Below are positions 26,107 to 38,357 of a DNA stretch of 38,357 nucleotides, in pieces. The position numbers and the translations under genes were made by a program. Source of the DNA: an uncultured Candidatus Saccharibacteria bacterium (GTDB lineage Bacteria; Patescibacteriota; Andersenbacteria; UBA10190; CAIZMI01); assembly GCA_964630025.1 (NCBI GenBank), contig CAZVRG010000006.1, forward strand, positions 1-38,357. Direction: 5' to 3'. Below the pieces are notes generated by a model. The model had not been told where the DNA came from and ran no database searches. It saw nothing but the letters and a program-made list of their open reading frames with translations. The first letter of the stretch is position 1; every line of letters starts with the position of its first letter.

Positions 26107-26478
26107 TCAAATGGCGCCGGCAGGAACAGATCCGCCCACGTTGCGAATCACGAAGTTTACGAGCGCAGCAGCAACGCCGATCACGACGATACCGATGATA
26201 GCGTTGGTGATGATGGCTTTTGCGGCTTCCACCTTATCTTCGTTTCCGCCCGAGGTGATATACATGAACCCGCCGTATACGAGATAGGCGAGAGCGATGA
26301 TACCAACGAGGCCGAGAACGGAGTTAATAATCCGCAGAATCACTTCCGGGAGATCACCCTGTGCCGTGCCAGTTGGCGCGGGCACGCCCGTGAGGCCTTC
26401 TTGTGCGCGCGCAACAAGCGGCGCAAGACCGAGCGTCCACGCTGCGACAGGTGCAATCCATGCTTTGACTTTTTCCAT
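26107..26478 (-). CDS. TrbC/VirB2-like pilin, copy 6
   Basis: IINSVLGLVGIIALAYLVYGGFMYITSGGNEDKVEAAKAIITNAIIG; strong GGAGGTGA RBS. Confidence 0.85.
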   Translation of the reverse strand: MEKVKAWIAPVAAWTLGLAPLVARAQEGLTGVPAPTGTAQGDLPEVILRIINSVLGLVGIIALAYLVYGGFMYITSGGNEDKVEAAKAIITNAIIGIVVIGVAAALVNFVIRNVGGSVPAGAI

Positions 26479-26492
26479 CGTCCTCACCTCCT

Positions 26493-26861
26493 TTATTGAA
26501 GCAGCGCGTCGATCACGAAGTTCACGAGGACCGCAGCGATGCCGATAATCACAATACCGATGACGGCATTCACAATAATGTTCTTTGCTTTCTCCACCTG
26601 ACCCTCATCGCCACGCGAGGTGATGTACAAAAATCCCGCGTACACAATAAACGCAAGTGCGAGCACGCCCACTAACGTGAGGGTCCAATTGATGATGTTA
26701 ACAATCATGGTAGGGAGATCTCGTGCCTGTGGCTGCACAGCATACCCCTGGATTCCCTGCGCGCCCAAATCAGCTCCCTGTTGCGCGAGAGCGCCATGGG
26801 GAAAGAGACTGACGCTGACGCCAACGACCAATGCAAGAAGAAGGAGAGAGCGAATCGTCAT
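26493..26861 (-). CDS. TrbC/VirB2-like pilin, copy 5
   Basis: IINWTLTLVGVLALAFIVYAGFLYITSRGDEGQVEKAK. Confidence 0.85.
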   Translation of the reverse strand: MTIRSLLLLALVVGVSVSLFPHGALAQQGADLGAQGIQGYAVQPQARDLPTMIVNIINWTLTLVGVLALAFIVYAGFLYITSRGDEGQVEKAKNIIVNAVIGIVIIGIAAVLVNFVIDALLQ

Positions 26862-26929
26862 TGTTCGTCTTTGCTTTTCCACAAGAGATCTCTTTAACCG
26901 TAGCATGCAACGGACGTTGTGACTACTGC

Positions 26930-27289
26930 TTACGGACGCGGATTGGCAAGCGGCGGTTCTACCGTTTGGGACGTGCCGAGCACGGCGCTGATAACAAAGT
27001 TCACAAGAAGCGCCGCAATACCAAGCACTACGAGACCGATAACCGCGTAGGTAATCGTGTTTTTTGCGTTTTCAACATCGCGCTCTTCTCCGCGGGAGAT
27101 GATGTACCGAAAGCCGCCATAGACGATAAAGCCGAGAGCGATCACCGCGGCGAGCGTCAGGCTCCAATTTATAATGCGCAGAATAAGATCGGGAAGTTCC
27201 TCGTCAGGCAAGCCCACACGTTGTGCTGCATTCAATCCGCGCCGCAATTCTCCTTGCGCGTAGACGACAGGGACGAGAAGACGCCACAT
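26930..27289 (-). CDS. TrbC/VirB2-like pilin, copy 4
   Basis: IINWSLTLAAVIALGFIVYGGFRYIISRGEERDVENAK. Confidence 0.85.
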   Translation of the reverse strand: MWRLLVPVVYAQGELRRGLNAAQRVGLPDEELPDLILRIINWSLTLAAVIALGFIVYGGFRYIISRGEERDVENAKNTITYAVIGLVVLGIAALLVNFVISAVLGTSQTVEPPLANPRP

Positions 27290-27299
27290 CGTTGGTCCT

Positions 27300-27707
27300 T
27301 TACCTTCCTCCGTCCGGCCGGGGAGCGGGCAGAGATTCCGCCGGATCGATGATGTTTATGACAAAGGATACAATCGCAAAGGCAAGACCAATCGCGATAA
27401 TCCCGATAATTGCGTACGTGATCGTTTTCTTTGCGTCCTCCACCTCACGCTCATCCCCGCGGGAAATGATATAGCGAAACCCTCCGTAGACGATGAAACC
27501 GAGAGCGATCACCGCGACGAGGGTAAGTGCAGCCCGAACAACCTGTGCGATCAGTACGGGAAGGGGATCTGTTGGAAGGCCCGTCCCGGATACATTCGGC
27601 GGCTTAAACTGCGCAGAAGCGGGGAATGCAAGCGCAAGCGCGAGCATGGAACTCCCGAGGCGAGAAAGGGGGGAAACGTACCGATGCAGGGACGTTCGCA
27701 GATTCAT
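27300..27707 (-). CDS. TrbC/VirB2-like pilin, copy 3
   Basis: AVIALGFIVYGGFRYIISRGDEREVEDAKKTITYAIIG. Confidence 0.85.
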   Translation of the reverse strand: MNLRTSLHRYVSPLSRLGSSMLALALAFPASAQFKPPNVSGTGLPTDPLPVLIAQVVRAALTLVAVIALGFIVYGGFRYIISRGDEREVEDAKKTITYAIIGIIAIGLAFAIVSFVINIIDPAESLPAPRPDGGR

Positions 27708-28150
27708 CTTCCACTTCGATCAATAGCCCCTCCTCCGCGATCAGTCCGATCAATAAGCCCTCCCGATTGCGGCCCGCTGAGCGCACGAAAGACAAACGTC
27801 AGAATCGCGTAGGACAACGCAATCACCACCAGCCCGACGATGCTGTAAAAAATCGCGTGTTTGCCTTGTTCAATGCGATCCTGATTCCCCGCCGCGGTGA
27901 TGTAGAGAAACCCGCCGTACACAATCGCCGCAAGCGCCAGCACACCCGCAAGGCCGAGCACGTAATTCACCACCAGAAGAACACATTCGTCGATTTTGTT
28001 GCATCCGATCGGATTCGTGATGGTTGAGGAAGCTTGCTGCGCATGCACAAACGCGGGAGCTGCTACCGCAACGCATACGAGAAGAACGACAACAGCCCAA
28101 ACGAGGCGAGAAGCAGGTATGCGTCTGATCATAGCTTCGATGCTCTTCAT
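27704..28150 (-). CDS. TrbC/VirB2-like pilin, copy 2
   Basis: ITNPIGC...LALAAIVYGGFLYITAAGNQDRIEQGK...IVGL. Confidence 0.85.
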   Translation of the reverse strand: MKSIEAMIRRIPASRLVWAVVVLLVCVAVAAPAFVHAQQASSTITNPIGCNKIDECVLLVVNYVLGLAGVLALAAIVYGGFLYITAAGNQDRIEQGKHAIFYSIVGLVVIALSYAILTFVFRALSGPQSGGLIDRTDRGGGAIDRSGR

Positions 28151-28177
28151 GGTAGCACAGCTATAGATGAACGTTCC

Positions 28178-29083
28178 TTAGCGTCCTCCGCTCGGAATCA
28201 GCTGCTGTATTTCCGGAGGGGGACTCTGCAAACGCCCGGGGCTTACGTCGAGCACAGAAAGAATTGTGCGCACAATCACGAATGCGCCAAGCAGCACCAC
28301 AAGTCCAATAAGTGCGTACAGTATGCTCTGCTTCGCTCCCGCGATTGCGGAGCTATCGGCGCCCTGAAAGACCGCGAGAATGTACTTCAGTCCCGCCCAA
28401 ATGATGGCAAGGAGTGCCACTGCCCCTCCGGTCGCGAGCAGCCAGTTGAAGATACGCGCGCCGAGTCCGAAAAGTTCCTGCAAGGTGCATGGTTTCTCGC
28501 CTTGGCCGCACTGAACCAGTCCGCCGGCGCTACCGTCCCTGTTTGCACTCCCTGCGGAAGAGCCCACATCGCCGGCTGCTTGACCAGCGGAACGCGCGGC
28601 GGAAGATCCTGATGAAGCCCTGGGCACTCCGGGCGGCAGACGGTGAACAGCGCTGTCGTACACCGTTCTCTTCAACGGATCTTGTACGACAAGGGGAAGA
28701 TCTCCAGAACCGGCGAATCGTTCCGCCGGCAGTGTCCACGATCCTGGAATGGTCGAAGAGGGTGCAAGCTTCTGTCCGCCTAATGAGAGTGTGTATCCCT
28801 CGACCTGGTGAAACAGCCCGGGATCGAGACCGGGCTGTACAACATCCAACGTGACAAACTCATTCCGTGTCGGCGCAACAGCAAGCGATCGGTCGCTGCG
28901 AAAGCCGCCCGTTCCTGATTCAGAACTAAATCGCAGAAAAACGTCTCCTTGCCGCGATTGTCCAATGCGTACGTGTGGAGAGAGATCCTGACCAAAAACG
29001 GTCGCGGACGACAGCATGAGCATAACGCCAACGATACAAAGTGTTGGTACGCGTCTCACGATATGTGACACAGAGGTACTCAT
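28178..29083 (-). CDS. Large pilin-like protein, copy 1: N-terminal domain fused to a VirB2-like core
   Basis: GLVQCG...PCTLQEL...IIWAGLKYI...AKQSILYALIG at the C-terminus. Confidence 0.75.
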   Translation of the reverse strand: MSTSVSHIVRRVPTLCIVGVMLMLSSATVFGQDLSPHVRIGQSRQGDVFLRFSSESGTGGFRSDRSLAVAPTRNEFVTLDVVQPGLDPGLFHQVEGYTLSLGGQKLAPSSTIPGSWTLPAERFAGSGDLPLVVQDPLKRTVYDSAVHRLPPGVPRASSGSSAARSAGQAAGDVGSSAGSANRDGSAGGLVQCGQGEKPCTLQELFGLGARIFNWLLATGGAVALLAIIWAGLKYILAVFQGADSSAIAGAKQSILYALIGLVVLLGAFVIVRTILSVLDVSPGRLQSPPPEIQQLIPSGGR

Positions 29084-30366
29084 GGAGCCGATCCTCCGAG
29101 TGCGTTTGCGGCGGCTTGAATCTGCTCCGCCGCACGGCGCAATGCGGCTTCCACCGTATCCCGTCCCACGACGACATCATCAAGCATCTCAGTGAAGACA
29201 CGGTCCACCACGCGATTGTCCGGCTGCTGCCACGTGCGTGCGGAAAGCGCCTGTTCGGCAAACACGCCGATGGTTGGATCTCGCTGTAGCTCAACCACGA
29301 GATCGCGACGCGCCGGCGGATATCCGCTGCGCTTCAGATACTCGCGCGCGGAATCTGTTCCCGTGAGAAACCGCACAAACTGCCACGCGGCCTGCGCGTT
29401 GGCGGACTGCCGCGACACGCCGAACGCCCAATAGCTCGCGTAGGTGGCCGTCGTGCCGTCGAGCTGCGGGAATGGAGCAATCGCAAAATTCAAACGAGGA
29501 TTTTTTGCCTGTATGGTCGCGCGATGGTAGCTGTAGTTGAACATCATCGCGGCTTCGCCCTCCGCAAATGCGTCGATGGAATAATCCGACGTCGGCTGCC
29601 ACGTGTAGACATCTTTTGCCGGATTGGCGAAATCGGTGAGGAACCGCACGGATTGGCGCGCGCGTTCATCGTCCCCAAAGGCAATGGCGCCGGTATCGTC
29701 GTGAAAAACCACGCCGTTTTGCAAAAGAATGGCGCTTATGATATCCGGGGAACGATTCACATTCCGCCCCGTTCCGGCGGCAAGCCCGTGCTGATCGATT
29801 TGTCCGGGTTCAACAGGATTAAATCGTACCGTGCGCCGGACAACGTCATGCGCTTCTTTCCATGTGCGAGGTGGGCGCGCAACGCCAGACGCGTTGAAGA
29901 TGTCTTTGTTGTAATACAGCGCGAGGGAGTCCACGAAGAGCGGAAGCCCGAGGATGCGTCCATTCAGGACAAGATCGTTTGCAACCGTATCGACAAATTC
30001 ATCGCGCACATTGCGCAGAGATACGGTGTCGGACGGCGCCGGCAGCAAGGTGCCCTGCCAGCGCGGTATCCACGATGAATGCACAAGAAGCACATCGGGC
30101 CCGCGTCCTTCCGCGAGCGCGGTGCGAAGAATTTCTTCGTACTGATCGGGAGGACTGATTTTGCGGTATTCCACCTGTACGCGCGCGCGTTTCTGCGACG
30201 CCTCAAACGCGCGCACAAGCGGCTCCATGGTGTCTGCGTCATCAAAGACCCCCCACACGGTCAGGTTCGCTCCTTGCGTGGGCGCACTGCCGCCGCGCAC
30301 GCATCCTTGGCCGAGGAGCGCCAAGCTTCCAAACAGAAGACTCGCTTGAAGAAATCTACGTCGCAT
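29080..30366 (-). CDS. Extracellular solute-binding lipoprotein (sugar ABC type)
   Basis: Lipobox LGQGC, LTVWG, GRGPDV, ALYYNKDIF, FAEGEAAM; no permease genes adjacent. Confidence 0.88.
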   Translation of the reverse strand: MRRRFLQASLLFGSLALLGQGCVRGGSAPTQGANLTVWGVFDDADTMEPLVRAFEASQKRARVQVEYRKISPPDQYEEILRTALAEGRGPDVLLVHSSWIPRWQGTLLPAPSDTVSLRNVRDEFVDTVANDLVLNGRILGLPLFVDSLALYYNKDIFNASGVARPPRTWKEAHDVVRRTVRFNPVEPGQIDQHGLAAGTGRNVNRSPDIISAILLQNGVVFHDDTGAIAFGDDERARQSVRFLTDFANPAKDVYTWQPTSDYSIDAFAEGEAAMMFNYSYHRATIQAKNPRLNFAIAPFPQLDGTTATYASYWAFGVSRQSANAQAAWQFVRFLTGTDSAREYLKRSGYPPARRDLVVELQRDPTIGVFAEQALSARTWQQPDNRVVDRVFTEMLDDVVVGRDTVEAALRRAAEQIQAAANALGGSAP

Positions 30367-30967
30367 GCGGGGAAGAAGAACGCTGTACGGTGCGCCGCGA
30401 CGTCCCAGCATCCTGCGCGCGCAGAAACAGCAATCCATACTGGTGCAGACTCGCATGTACCGGGGAAAGAAATGTGAGGCCGGCAGCTTTTCCTGCGGCA
30501 AGGACGGCATCGCGGCTGACGCGGTGTTCCGACGGCGGGCCAACGGGCGTTGCCACTTCATCCCATTCGATCACCGCAACACGACCGTCTGTTGGCTTCA
30601 CGACCCGCGCCGCTTCGGTAAGGACCGCCGCGGGATCGCTTTGATACAGCACGCCGATCAGAAGTACGAGATCGGCCCATCCGTCCGGGAGACCGGTTGC
30701 GCGCGGGCGCGCAAGATCTGCGCGGAGAACATCCACACGATCCGCAACGCCTGCACGTTCCGCGCGACGTCGAGATTCATCCACTGCCATCGTCCGTATA
30801 TCAATACCAACCACGCGCCCTGCCGAACCGACAAACCGCGCCGCTGGGACAAGGGTATAGCCTGCGCCGCATCCGAAATCCGCCACCTTCCAGCCGGAAC
30901 GAATGCCCAGCTGCCGCAAGAGCTCTTCAGGCTTCAGTGATGTACGAATGGATGTTGGTGTGAGCAT
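30356..30967 (-). CDS. Class I SAM-dependent methyltransferase
   Basis: VADFGCGAG, VVGID, ADLVLL, VIEW...GPP. Confidence 0.88.
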   Translation of the reverse strand: MLTPTSIRTSLKPEELLRQLGIRSGWKVADFGCGAGYTLVPAARFVGSAGRVVGIDIRTMAVDESRRRAERAGVADRVDVLRADLARPRATGLPDGWADLVLLIGVLYQSDPAAVLTEAARVVKPTDGRVAVIEWDEVATPVGPPSEHRVSRDAVLAAGKAAGLTFLSPVHASLHQYGLLFLRAQDAGTSRRTVQRSSSPHAT

Positions 30968-31001
30968 GCGTACCTTGCGCGTAAGTGTACCATGCCCACG
31001 C

Positions 31002-33509
31002 TCATTCTTTTTCGCCTGCGAAGGTCGTGAAGGATGCGATGGAATCGCCCGTGTCCAGACGCATCACGCGCACGCCCTGCGTGGCACGGCCGAGCACACG
31101 AATGCTGTCCATGGGAACGCGAATTGCTTGTCCTTTTGCGGACGTGACGATGACCGTCGCGTCTTCATTCACGGCCACGGGCGTGAGCGCCATACCCACG
31201 ACGGATCCTGTTTTTGAAGTTACCTGCGCGGTTTTGATGCCGGAACCGGCGCGCCGCTGCACTTTGTACGCCGAGAGCAGCGTGCGCTTTCCAAATCCGT
31301 GTTCCGTGAGGACAAGCACATGGAACTGGTTCGGCTTCACGTCTTGGATGTGCGCCATGCCGATCACTTCGTCGCTGCGCTTCAGGCGCATCGCATGGAC
31401 GCCGGCTGCCGGACGACCCATCGGGCGCGCGTCGTTTTCCTTGAACCGAATAGATTGGCCGCGCGCGGTCACCAGCATGATGTGGTCACTGCCGCTGGTG
31501 CGCGCAACCCAGTCGAGCGTGTCTCCTTTATGCAGGCGAATCGCAATGAGCCCGCTCCGGCGCACGTTCGCAAACTCGGCAAGCGGCACGCGCTTCACCG
31601 TTCCTTGACGGGTGACCATCACCAAAAATCCGGCTGCAGGAGCGGCCTCTTTTTTCTGTGCTTTTGTTTTTCCGCTTGTTCGTGTCCGTTGTTGCGTCGT
31701 GCCTTTCGGAAGTGCAAGCACGGCAGTGACTTTTTCGCCGCTTCCGAGCGAAAGGAAGTTGGGCAGTGCTTGCCCTTTTGCCGTGCGCGAGGCGAGGGGA
31801 AGATCGTATGCCTTTGCCGCAAACACGCGACCAAGGTTCGTGAAGAAGAGAACGTCCGCGTGCGTCCGTGTGACAAACAGGGTATCCACCGTGTCCTCTT
31901 CTTTGGTGGTCATACCGATCACGCCTTTGCCGCCGCGCCGCTGCACGCGATAGGCCGTGACCGGGAGCCGCTTCACATAGCCGCCCGCGGTCACGATGAC
32001 GACCGTGTCTTCGTCAGGGATGAGATCTTCCTCGCGGAACTCGCCAATGGGCTGTGCGACCACGGTGGTGCGACGTTCTTCGCCATAGCGCTCCTTGACA
32101 CGCTGCAGCTCGCCCATAACAACTGTGGTGATTTTTTTCGGACTGCCGAGGAGTTCCATGAGTTCGCGGATGAGGCGGCGTTTCTCGGTAAGTTCATCCT
32201 GCACTGCTTTTCGTTCAAGCCCCGCAAGCGGTTGCAAGCGCATTTCCAGAATGGCGGTTGCCTGCGCTGCCGAGAAATCAAATTTCTTCCGCAAATTTGC
32301 GTGTGCGTCTTCTTTCGACTCGCTTTTCTTGATGGTGGTGATGATCGCATCAATATGATCGAGCGCCTTCGTGAGCCCTTCGAGAATGTGCGCGCGTTCT
32401 TTCGCGCGTGCGAGCTCATACTCGCTGCGTCGACGGACAACCACGCGCTGATGCTCGAGGAACTGTTCCAGGAGCGCCTTGAGGGTCAGCACGCGCGGCT
32501 CGATGCCATTCACCAAGGCGAGAAGATTCACGTGGAACGTCCGCTGCAGCGCGGTGTGGGCAAACAATTGATTCAACACTTTATTCGGGACGGCATCACG
32601 CTTGAGTTCAATCACAATGCGCGTCCCGTCCTTGTCGGACTCGTCACGAAGATCGCGAATGCCTTCGAGCCGCTTGGCGCGTACGCCATCCGCAATCTCT
32701 TCCAAAAGAGAGGCTTTGTTCACTTGATAGGGAATTTCCGTCACGATGATGCGGAAATCCCCTTCTTTTTCTTCGACAATCTCCGTGCGCGCACGCGTCA
32801 CCATCGGACCCTTGCCGGTGGCATACGCCGCAGCAATGTCGCGCGCCCCGTACACAATGCCTCCGGTCGGAAAATCCGGACCACGCACGAACTCGACAAG
32901 ATCTTCAACGGTCGCGTGCGGGTCTTTGGCAAGATGCATAAGCGCATCAATGACTTCTCGCAGATTATGCGGCGGAATGTTCGTTGCCATGCCCACCGCG
33001 ATACCCACCGTTCCATTCACGAGAAGGTTCGGGAGCACGCTGGGGAGCACCGTCGGCTCCTTGCGCGTGCGATCGTAGTTTTCCGTGAAATTCACCGTGT
33101 CTTTATCGATGTTGGCGAGCATAAGCTCTCCCACACGCGCAAGCCGCGCTTCCGTGTACCGCATGGCGGCGGGCCCGTCTTCGGTGCTCCCCCAGTTTCC
33201 TTGCCCATCAATCAGCGGATGGCGCAGCGAAAAATCTTGTGTGAGACGCGCCATCGCTTCATACACGGAAAGATCCCCGTGCGGGTGGTAGCGACCGAGC
33301 ACTTCCCCGACGACGGCCGCCGATTTTCGTAATCGTCCGCCCGCACGCAGTCCCATATCGTGCATGGCGTACAAAATGCGCCGCTGGACCGGTTTCAGTC
33401 CGTCCCGCACGTCTGGCAATGCCCGTGACACGATCACGGACATGGCGTAGTCGAGATACGAATCGCGTACCTCGTCGGTTATGCCCCGCGGCTGGATCGT
33501 CTCCGGCAT
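31002..33509 (-). CDS. gyrA: DNA gyrase subunit A
   Basis: [29 protein letters not shown], GyrA-box QRRGGKG, beta-pinwheel CTD. Confidence 0.98.
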   Translation of the reverse strand: MPETIQPRGITDEVRDSYLDYAMSVIVSRALPDVRDGLKPVQRRILYAMHDMGLRAGGRLRKSAAVVGEVLGRYHPHGDLSVYEAMARLTQDFSLRHPLIDGQGNWGSTEDGPAAMRYTEARLARVGELMLANIDKDTVNFTENYDRTRKEPTVLPSVLPNLLVNGTVGIAVGMATNIPPHNLREVIDALMHLAKDPHATVEDLVEFVRGPDFPTGGIVYGARDIAAAYATGKGPMVTRARTEIVEEKEGDFRIIVTEIPYQVNKASLLEEIADGVRAKRLEGIRDLRDESDKDGTRIVIELKRDAVPNKVLNQLFAHTALQRTFHVNLLALVNGIEPRVLTLKALLEQFLEHQRVVVRRRSEYELARAKERAHILEGLTKALDHIDAIITTIKKSESKEDAHANLRKKFDFSAAQATAILEMRLQPLAGLERKAVQDELTEKRRLIRELMELLGSPKKITTVVMGELQRVKERYGEERRTTVVAQPIGEFREEDLIPDEDTVVIVTAGGYVKRLPVTAYRVQRRGGKGVIGMTTKEEDTVDTLFVTRTHADVLFFTNLGRVFAAKAYDLPLASRTAKGQALPNFLSLGSGEKVTAVLALPKGTTQQRTRTSGKTKAQKKEAAPAAGFLVMVTRQGTVKRVPLAEFANVRRSGLIAIRLHKGDTLDWVARTSGSDHIMLVTARGQSIRFKENDARPMGRPAAGVHAMRLKRSDEVIGMAHIQDVKPNQFHVLVLTEHGFGKRTLLSAYKVQRRAGSGIKTAQVTSKTGSVVGMALTPVAVNEDATVIVTSAKGQAIRVPMDSIRVLGRATQGVRVMRLDTGDSIASFTTFAGEKE

Positions 33510-33518
33510 GAGGAGAAG

Positions 33519-33842
33519 TTATGGGCTCTTTGGCGGAGGTGGGCCGAAGGCGCGAAAAAGATTTGTGGAAATCTGCCCAACATCCACCGGAGACGCTGAC
33601 GCCGGTGACGCTTCCGGAGACGTTGTTGTCTCCGGTGCGGGAGACACGAGTAACGGCGCTTCCGGAAGCTCACCAACCGCCGTCGGTGACGGCGCTGGCG
33701 TCTCCGCAGAACGACGACTGATAAAGGTGACGCCGACCCAGAGCAACAGGATCAGCGCAAAGGAAAAGGCGGTGGCAACAACCACAAAGCGGCGCCGCGC
33801 GGTGAGCGGCTGCTCTTGCAAAGTGCGGAAGTACTGCAACAT
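33519..33842 (-). CDS. Hypothetical single-TM protein with Pro/Ser/Thr-rich tail
   Basis: LQEQPLTARRR followed by a TM helix; tightly packed between flanking genes. Confidence 0.7.
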   Translation of the reverse strand: MLQYFRTLQEQPLTARRRFVVVATAFSFALILLLWVGVTFISRRSAETPAPSPTAVGELPEAPLLVSPAPETTTSPEASPASASPVDVGQISTNLFRAFGPPPPKSP

Positions 33843-33854
33843 AGGACGGTGCCT

Positions 33855-34547
33855 CTACGCGGTGAACAGTACCACAGTGGTTTCCTCGCCGCTCAAGTCC
33901 CGCTTTTTCACGCTGAAACGTTCCACCGGATCAATCTTCGATGATCCGATCTCACGAAGAAACGCGGACACCGGCTGGAGTTTCTCCGTGACCTTCCACC
34001 CGTCCTGTCGAAAGTGCATCGGCACAACCACTCGCGGTTCCATTGCGTTCACTACGCGCATGGCAGCCTCGGCATCGAGCGTGTCTCCGCCGCCAACCGG
34101 AAGAAACAGAATGTCCACGCCATTCAGGCTTTCCAGAATGTCGCTTGCGGGAACAGCACGTAAATCCCCTACATGGACCAGCCGAAGCCCTTCGTGATCA
34201 AACGTAAAGAGTGTTGGTTCGCTGGCCGTTTCGCCATCGGTCGCCGGGCGTTTTCCCTGTGTTCCTCCCACCCGGTCCCCATGCGTGCTGGCGCTTCCGC
34301 CTACGGGGATGCCATGAATGAATACCCCTTTCACTTCGAATTCGCCGGGATGATCGATCACGAACGGCTCACCGATGATCCCGTCCAAATACCCGTGTGC
34401 CGGACTGTGCGGATTACTGGTGGTGACAATATCCGCTTTTGCGCGGAGCGGGCGCGGCGCAACGCTCGGTCCATAGGGATCGAGGACAAGTACTGCGTCC
34501 TTTGTCTCAAGTTTAAAGGCAGAAAGCCCCAACCAACTGATGTGCAT
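33855..34547 (-). CDS. MBL-fold metallo-hydrolase (Lactamase_B_3-like) with a degenerate metal motif
   Basis: ISWLG..AF, LDPY, PGEFEVKGV, HVGDL, VDILFLPVGG, VVPMHF; HxHxDH region reads SNPHSPAH. Confidence 0.85.
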   Translation of the reverse strand: MHISWLGLSAFKLETKDAVLVLDPYGPSVAPRPLRAKADIVTTSNPHSPAHGYLDGIIGEPFVIDHPGEFEVKGVFIHGIPVGGSASTHGDRVGGTQGKRPATDGETASEPTLFTFDHEGLRLVHVGDLRAVPASDILESLNGVDILFLPVGGGDTLDAEAAMRVVNAMEPRVVVPMHFRQDGWKVTEKLQPVSAFLREIGSSKIDPVERFSVKKRDLSGEETTVVLFTA

Positions 34548-34695
34548 AGCGAAGGGTAGTAGCGTGTAGCTTCTTAGCTTGTAGGACGACGAACAGCGGA
34601 CACAACCTAAAAAGCTACCAGCGACAAGCGCAGACACTACCGTAGCATGCGTGCTCTTGCCTCACAAGACCCATTCTTGTATATTCTCCCGACAT

Positions 34696-35943
34696 ATGAC
34701 TCCACGTCGTGCCGCCCAGATTGGTACGCAACAGCAGAACGCGGACTCCCCGTTCGCCCGTCTTCTTGCTGCACATCCAGACGCGCTGCGCGCGTTGCAC
34801 GCCGGGGACATTGTGAAAGGAACCGTTCTGGAAATCGCGCCGAGCTCCCTGTATGTGGACTTGGGCTCGCAGGGCGTCGGCATTGTGTTTGGACGTGAAT
34901 TGCTCGATGCGGCAGACACCTTCCGCATGGTGCGCATCGGCGATGATATCGAAGCGGTTGTCCTCGATCCCGAAAACGATCAAGGGTACATCGAACTCTC
35001 TCTGCGCAGCGCATCGGAAGAGAAAAGTTGGGCGCGCTTGGAAGCACGAAAAGAATCCGGAGAAATATTCCCCGCCCAGATTATGGATGCAAACAAGGGT
35101 GGCCTCATTATTCGACTGGAAGGCATTACCGGATTTCTTCCCGTTTCGCAACTGTCGGCCGAGCACTATCCGCGCGTGGAGGGCGGCGACAAGCAGCAGA
35201 TTTTTGATCGCCTGAAACAGTATGTCGGGCAACTCTTTAATGTGCGCGTGCTCACCGCCGACCGCCGCGAAGGAAAACTCATTGTCTCGGAAAAGGCAGC
35301 GATGACCGCCGAGATGGAAGGTGCGCTGGGCGACCTGAAGGAAAGAACGGAAGTTGAGGGTGTCGTGAGCGGCATTGTGGACTTCGGCGTGTTCATCAAG
35401 TTCCAGCGTGGAGGACAGGACCTGGAAGGCCTTGTCCATATTTCGGAACTCGCCTGGCAGCGCGTTGATGACCCGAAAGATTATGCAAGCGTTGGCCAGA
35501 AAGTGCGCGCGGTGGTGCTCGCGGTGGAGGGCACGCGCATTTCTCTCTCGCTGAAGCGCCTGCGCGAAGATCCGTGGCTGACGGTGGAGCAGCGCTACAA
35601 AGTCGGTGACATGGTGGAAGGTCGCGTGCTGAAGCTCACCCCGTACGGCGCATTTGTGAAGCTGGATGAAGACATTCACGGACTCGCGCACATTAGCGAA
35701 CTGTCCGGAAAAGAAGGTATGCGACCCGAGGATGTGGTGAACGTCGGGAAACAGTACAAACTGCGCATCATCAGCGTGGAGCCGCAAGAGCATCGTCTCG
35801 GCTTGTCCTTGAAAGCAGAAGCATCGTCCGAAGAGAAGAAACCTGGCCGGCAGGCAGACGGGCCTGCACGCAAAGCACCGCGTGCCAAAAAAGAGTCCAC
35901 GACAAAGGGTACGGGGAAGGAAAAAACAAAGCACAAGGAATAG
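34696..35943 (+). CDS. rpsA: 30S ribosomal protein S1 (four S1 repeats plus basic tail)
   Basis: ANKGGL...GFLPVSQL, DFGVFI...EGLVHISELAW, YGAFV...GLAHISEL. Confidence 0.92.
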   Translation: MTPRRAAQIGTQQQNADSPFARLLAAHPDALRALHAGDIVKGTVLEIAPSSLYVDLGSQGVGIVFGRELLDAADTFRMVRIGDDIEAVVLDPENDQGYIELSLRSASEEKSWARLEARKESGEIFPAQIMDANKGGLIIRLEGITGFLPVSQLSAEHYPRVEGGDKQQIFDRLKQYVGQLFNVRVLTADRREGKLIVSEKAAMTAEMEGALGDLKERTEVEGVVSGIVDFGVFIKFQRGGQDLEGLVHISELAWQRVDDPKDYASVGQKVRAVVLAVEGTRISLSLKRLREDPWLTVEQRYKVGDMVEGRVLKLTPYGAFVKLDEDIHGLAHISELSGKEGMRPEDVVNVGKQYKLRIISVEPQEHRLGLSLKAEASSEEKKPGRQADGPARKAPRAKKESTTKGTGKEKTKHKE

Positions 35944-35953
35944 ACGCAACATG

Positions 35954-35994
35954 AAGAAGAAAGAGCGGCGAGGGACTCGTCGCTCTTGTTCTTT
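35954..35994. terminator. Terminator between convergent genes
   Basis: aagagcggcgag-gga-ctcgtcgctctt with A-rich and T-rich flanks. Confidence 0.7.
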
Positions 35995-36271
35995 ACTCCT
36001 CCTGACCTAGATCTGACGGAGGATGTTTGATGCGGGCACGCACAACCAGTGTTGGACCAGTACCATGCGCATCCTTCACGCCTGGTTGCAACGGTGTGTG
36101 CTCCTTTGTGCATCCTGCACAGCACACAATCTCCACCGTGTCTCCCTGAAACTCCGCGGGAATGGCAGCGTCCTTTCCTGCCCATGGAGAGAATTCCTTT
36201 GTCGCATCGACACGTGTGCGATGCTTTCGACATTTAGGACATTGCTGCACACGCGTGAAACCAGCTGACAT
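35993..36271 (-). CDS. Small hypothetical protein with CPKC and CAGC motifs
   Basis: GGAGG RBS before ATG 36271; two CxxC motifs; ends at the terminator. Confidence 0.55.
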   Translation of the reverse strand: MSAGFTRVQQCPKCRKHRTRVDATKEFSPWAGKDAAIPAEFQGDTVEIVCCAGCTKEHTPLQPGVKDAHGTGPTLVVRARIKHPPSDLGQEE

Positions 36272-36417
36272 AGTATTCCTCCCGTTCTCGTACAGAGGCG
36301 ATGGTTTCCGTATACAAGGGCTGTTCCTAGCGCGAACGTACCAAAGTGTTGTCTCTCTGTCCAGAATCACCTGATGGTCTTTTTCACTGCTCTTGCGTAC
36401 ACTTCATCCCTTCACCT

Positions 36418-38357
<1,940 letters not shown>

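Overview
Bacterial chromosomal segment with GC-rich coding DNA. The gene content (tandem VirB2/TrbC-like pilins, a C39-like peptidase, DUF3352-like and DUF5654-like proteins, a TrpR/YerC-like protein) suggests Patescibacteria/Parcubacteria (CPR); this is an inference. Housekeeping genes: murJ, lspA, a DksA/TraR-family gene, pnp, rpsO, a Thermotoga-type RNase Z, clpC, gyrA, rpsA, a degenerate tilS, partial ftsH and three tRNAs (His, Arg, Leu). Accessory content: a hicBA cassette between two copies of the comM 5' end, a frameshifted comM, a block of hypothetical surface/membrane genes next to tRNA-Leu and six pilin paralogues. The strongest unexplained signals are non-coding. (1) Three copies of a palindromic element, ACCCCGTTAGAAAC...GTTTCT(A/C)ACGGGG, with unrelated interiors, lengths that are all multiples of 3, an open TPLE...FLTG frame, and insertion at start codons or -10 boxes. 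(2) A ~430-nt highly structured promoter-to-terminator unit at ~8055-8490 with no convincing ORF and a possible antiterminator pairing. (3) A TrpR-like gene bracketed by two copies of an 18-bp palindrome. All calls come from reading the sequence by eye; no searches or folding programs were run.
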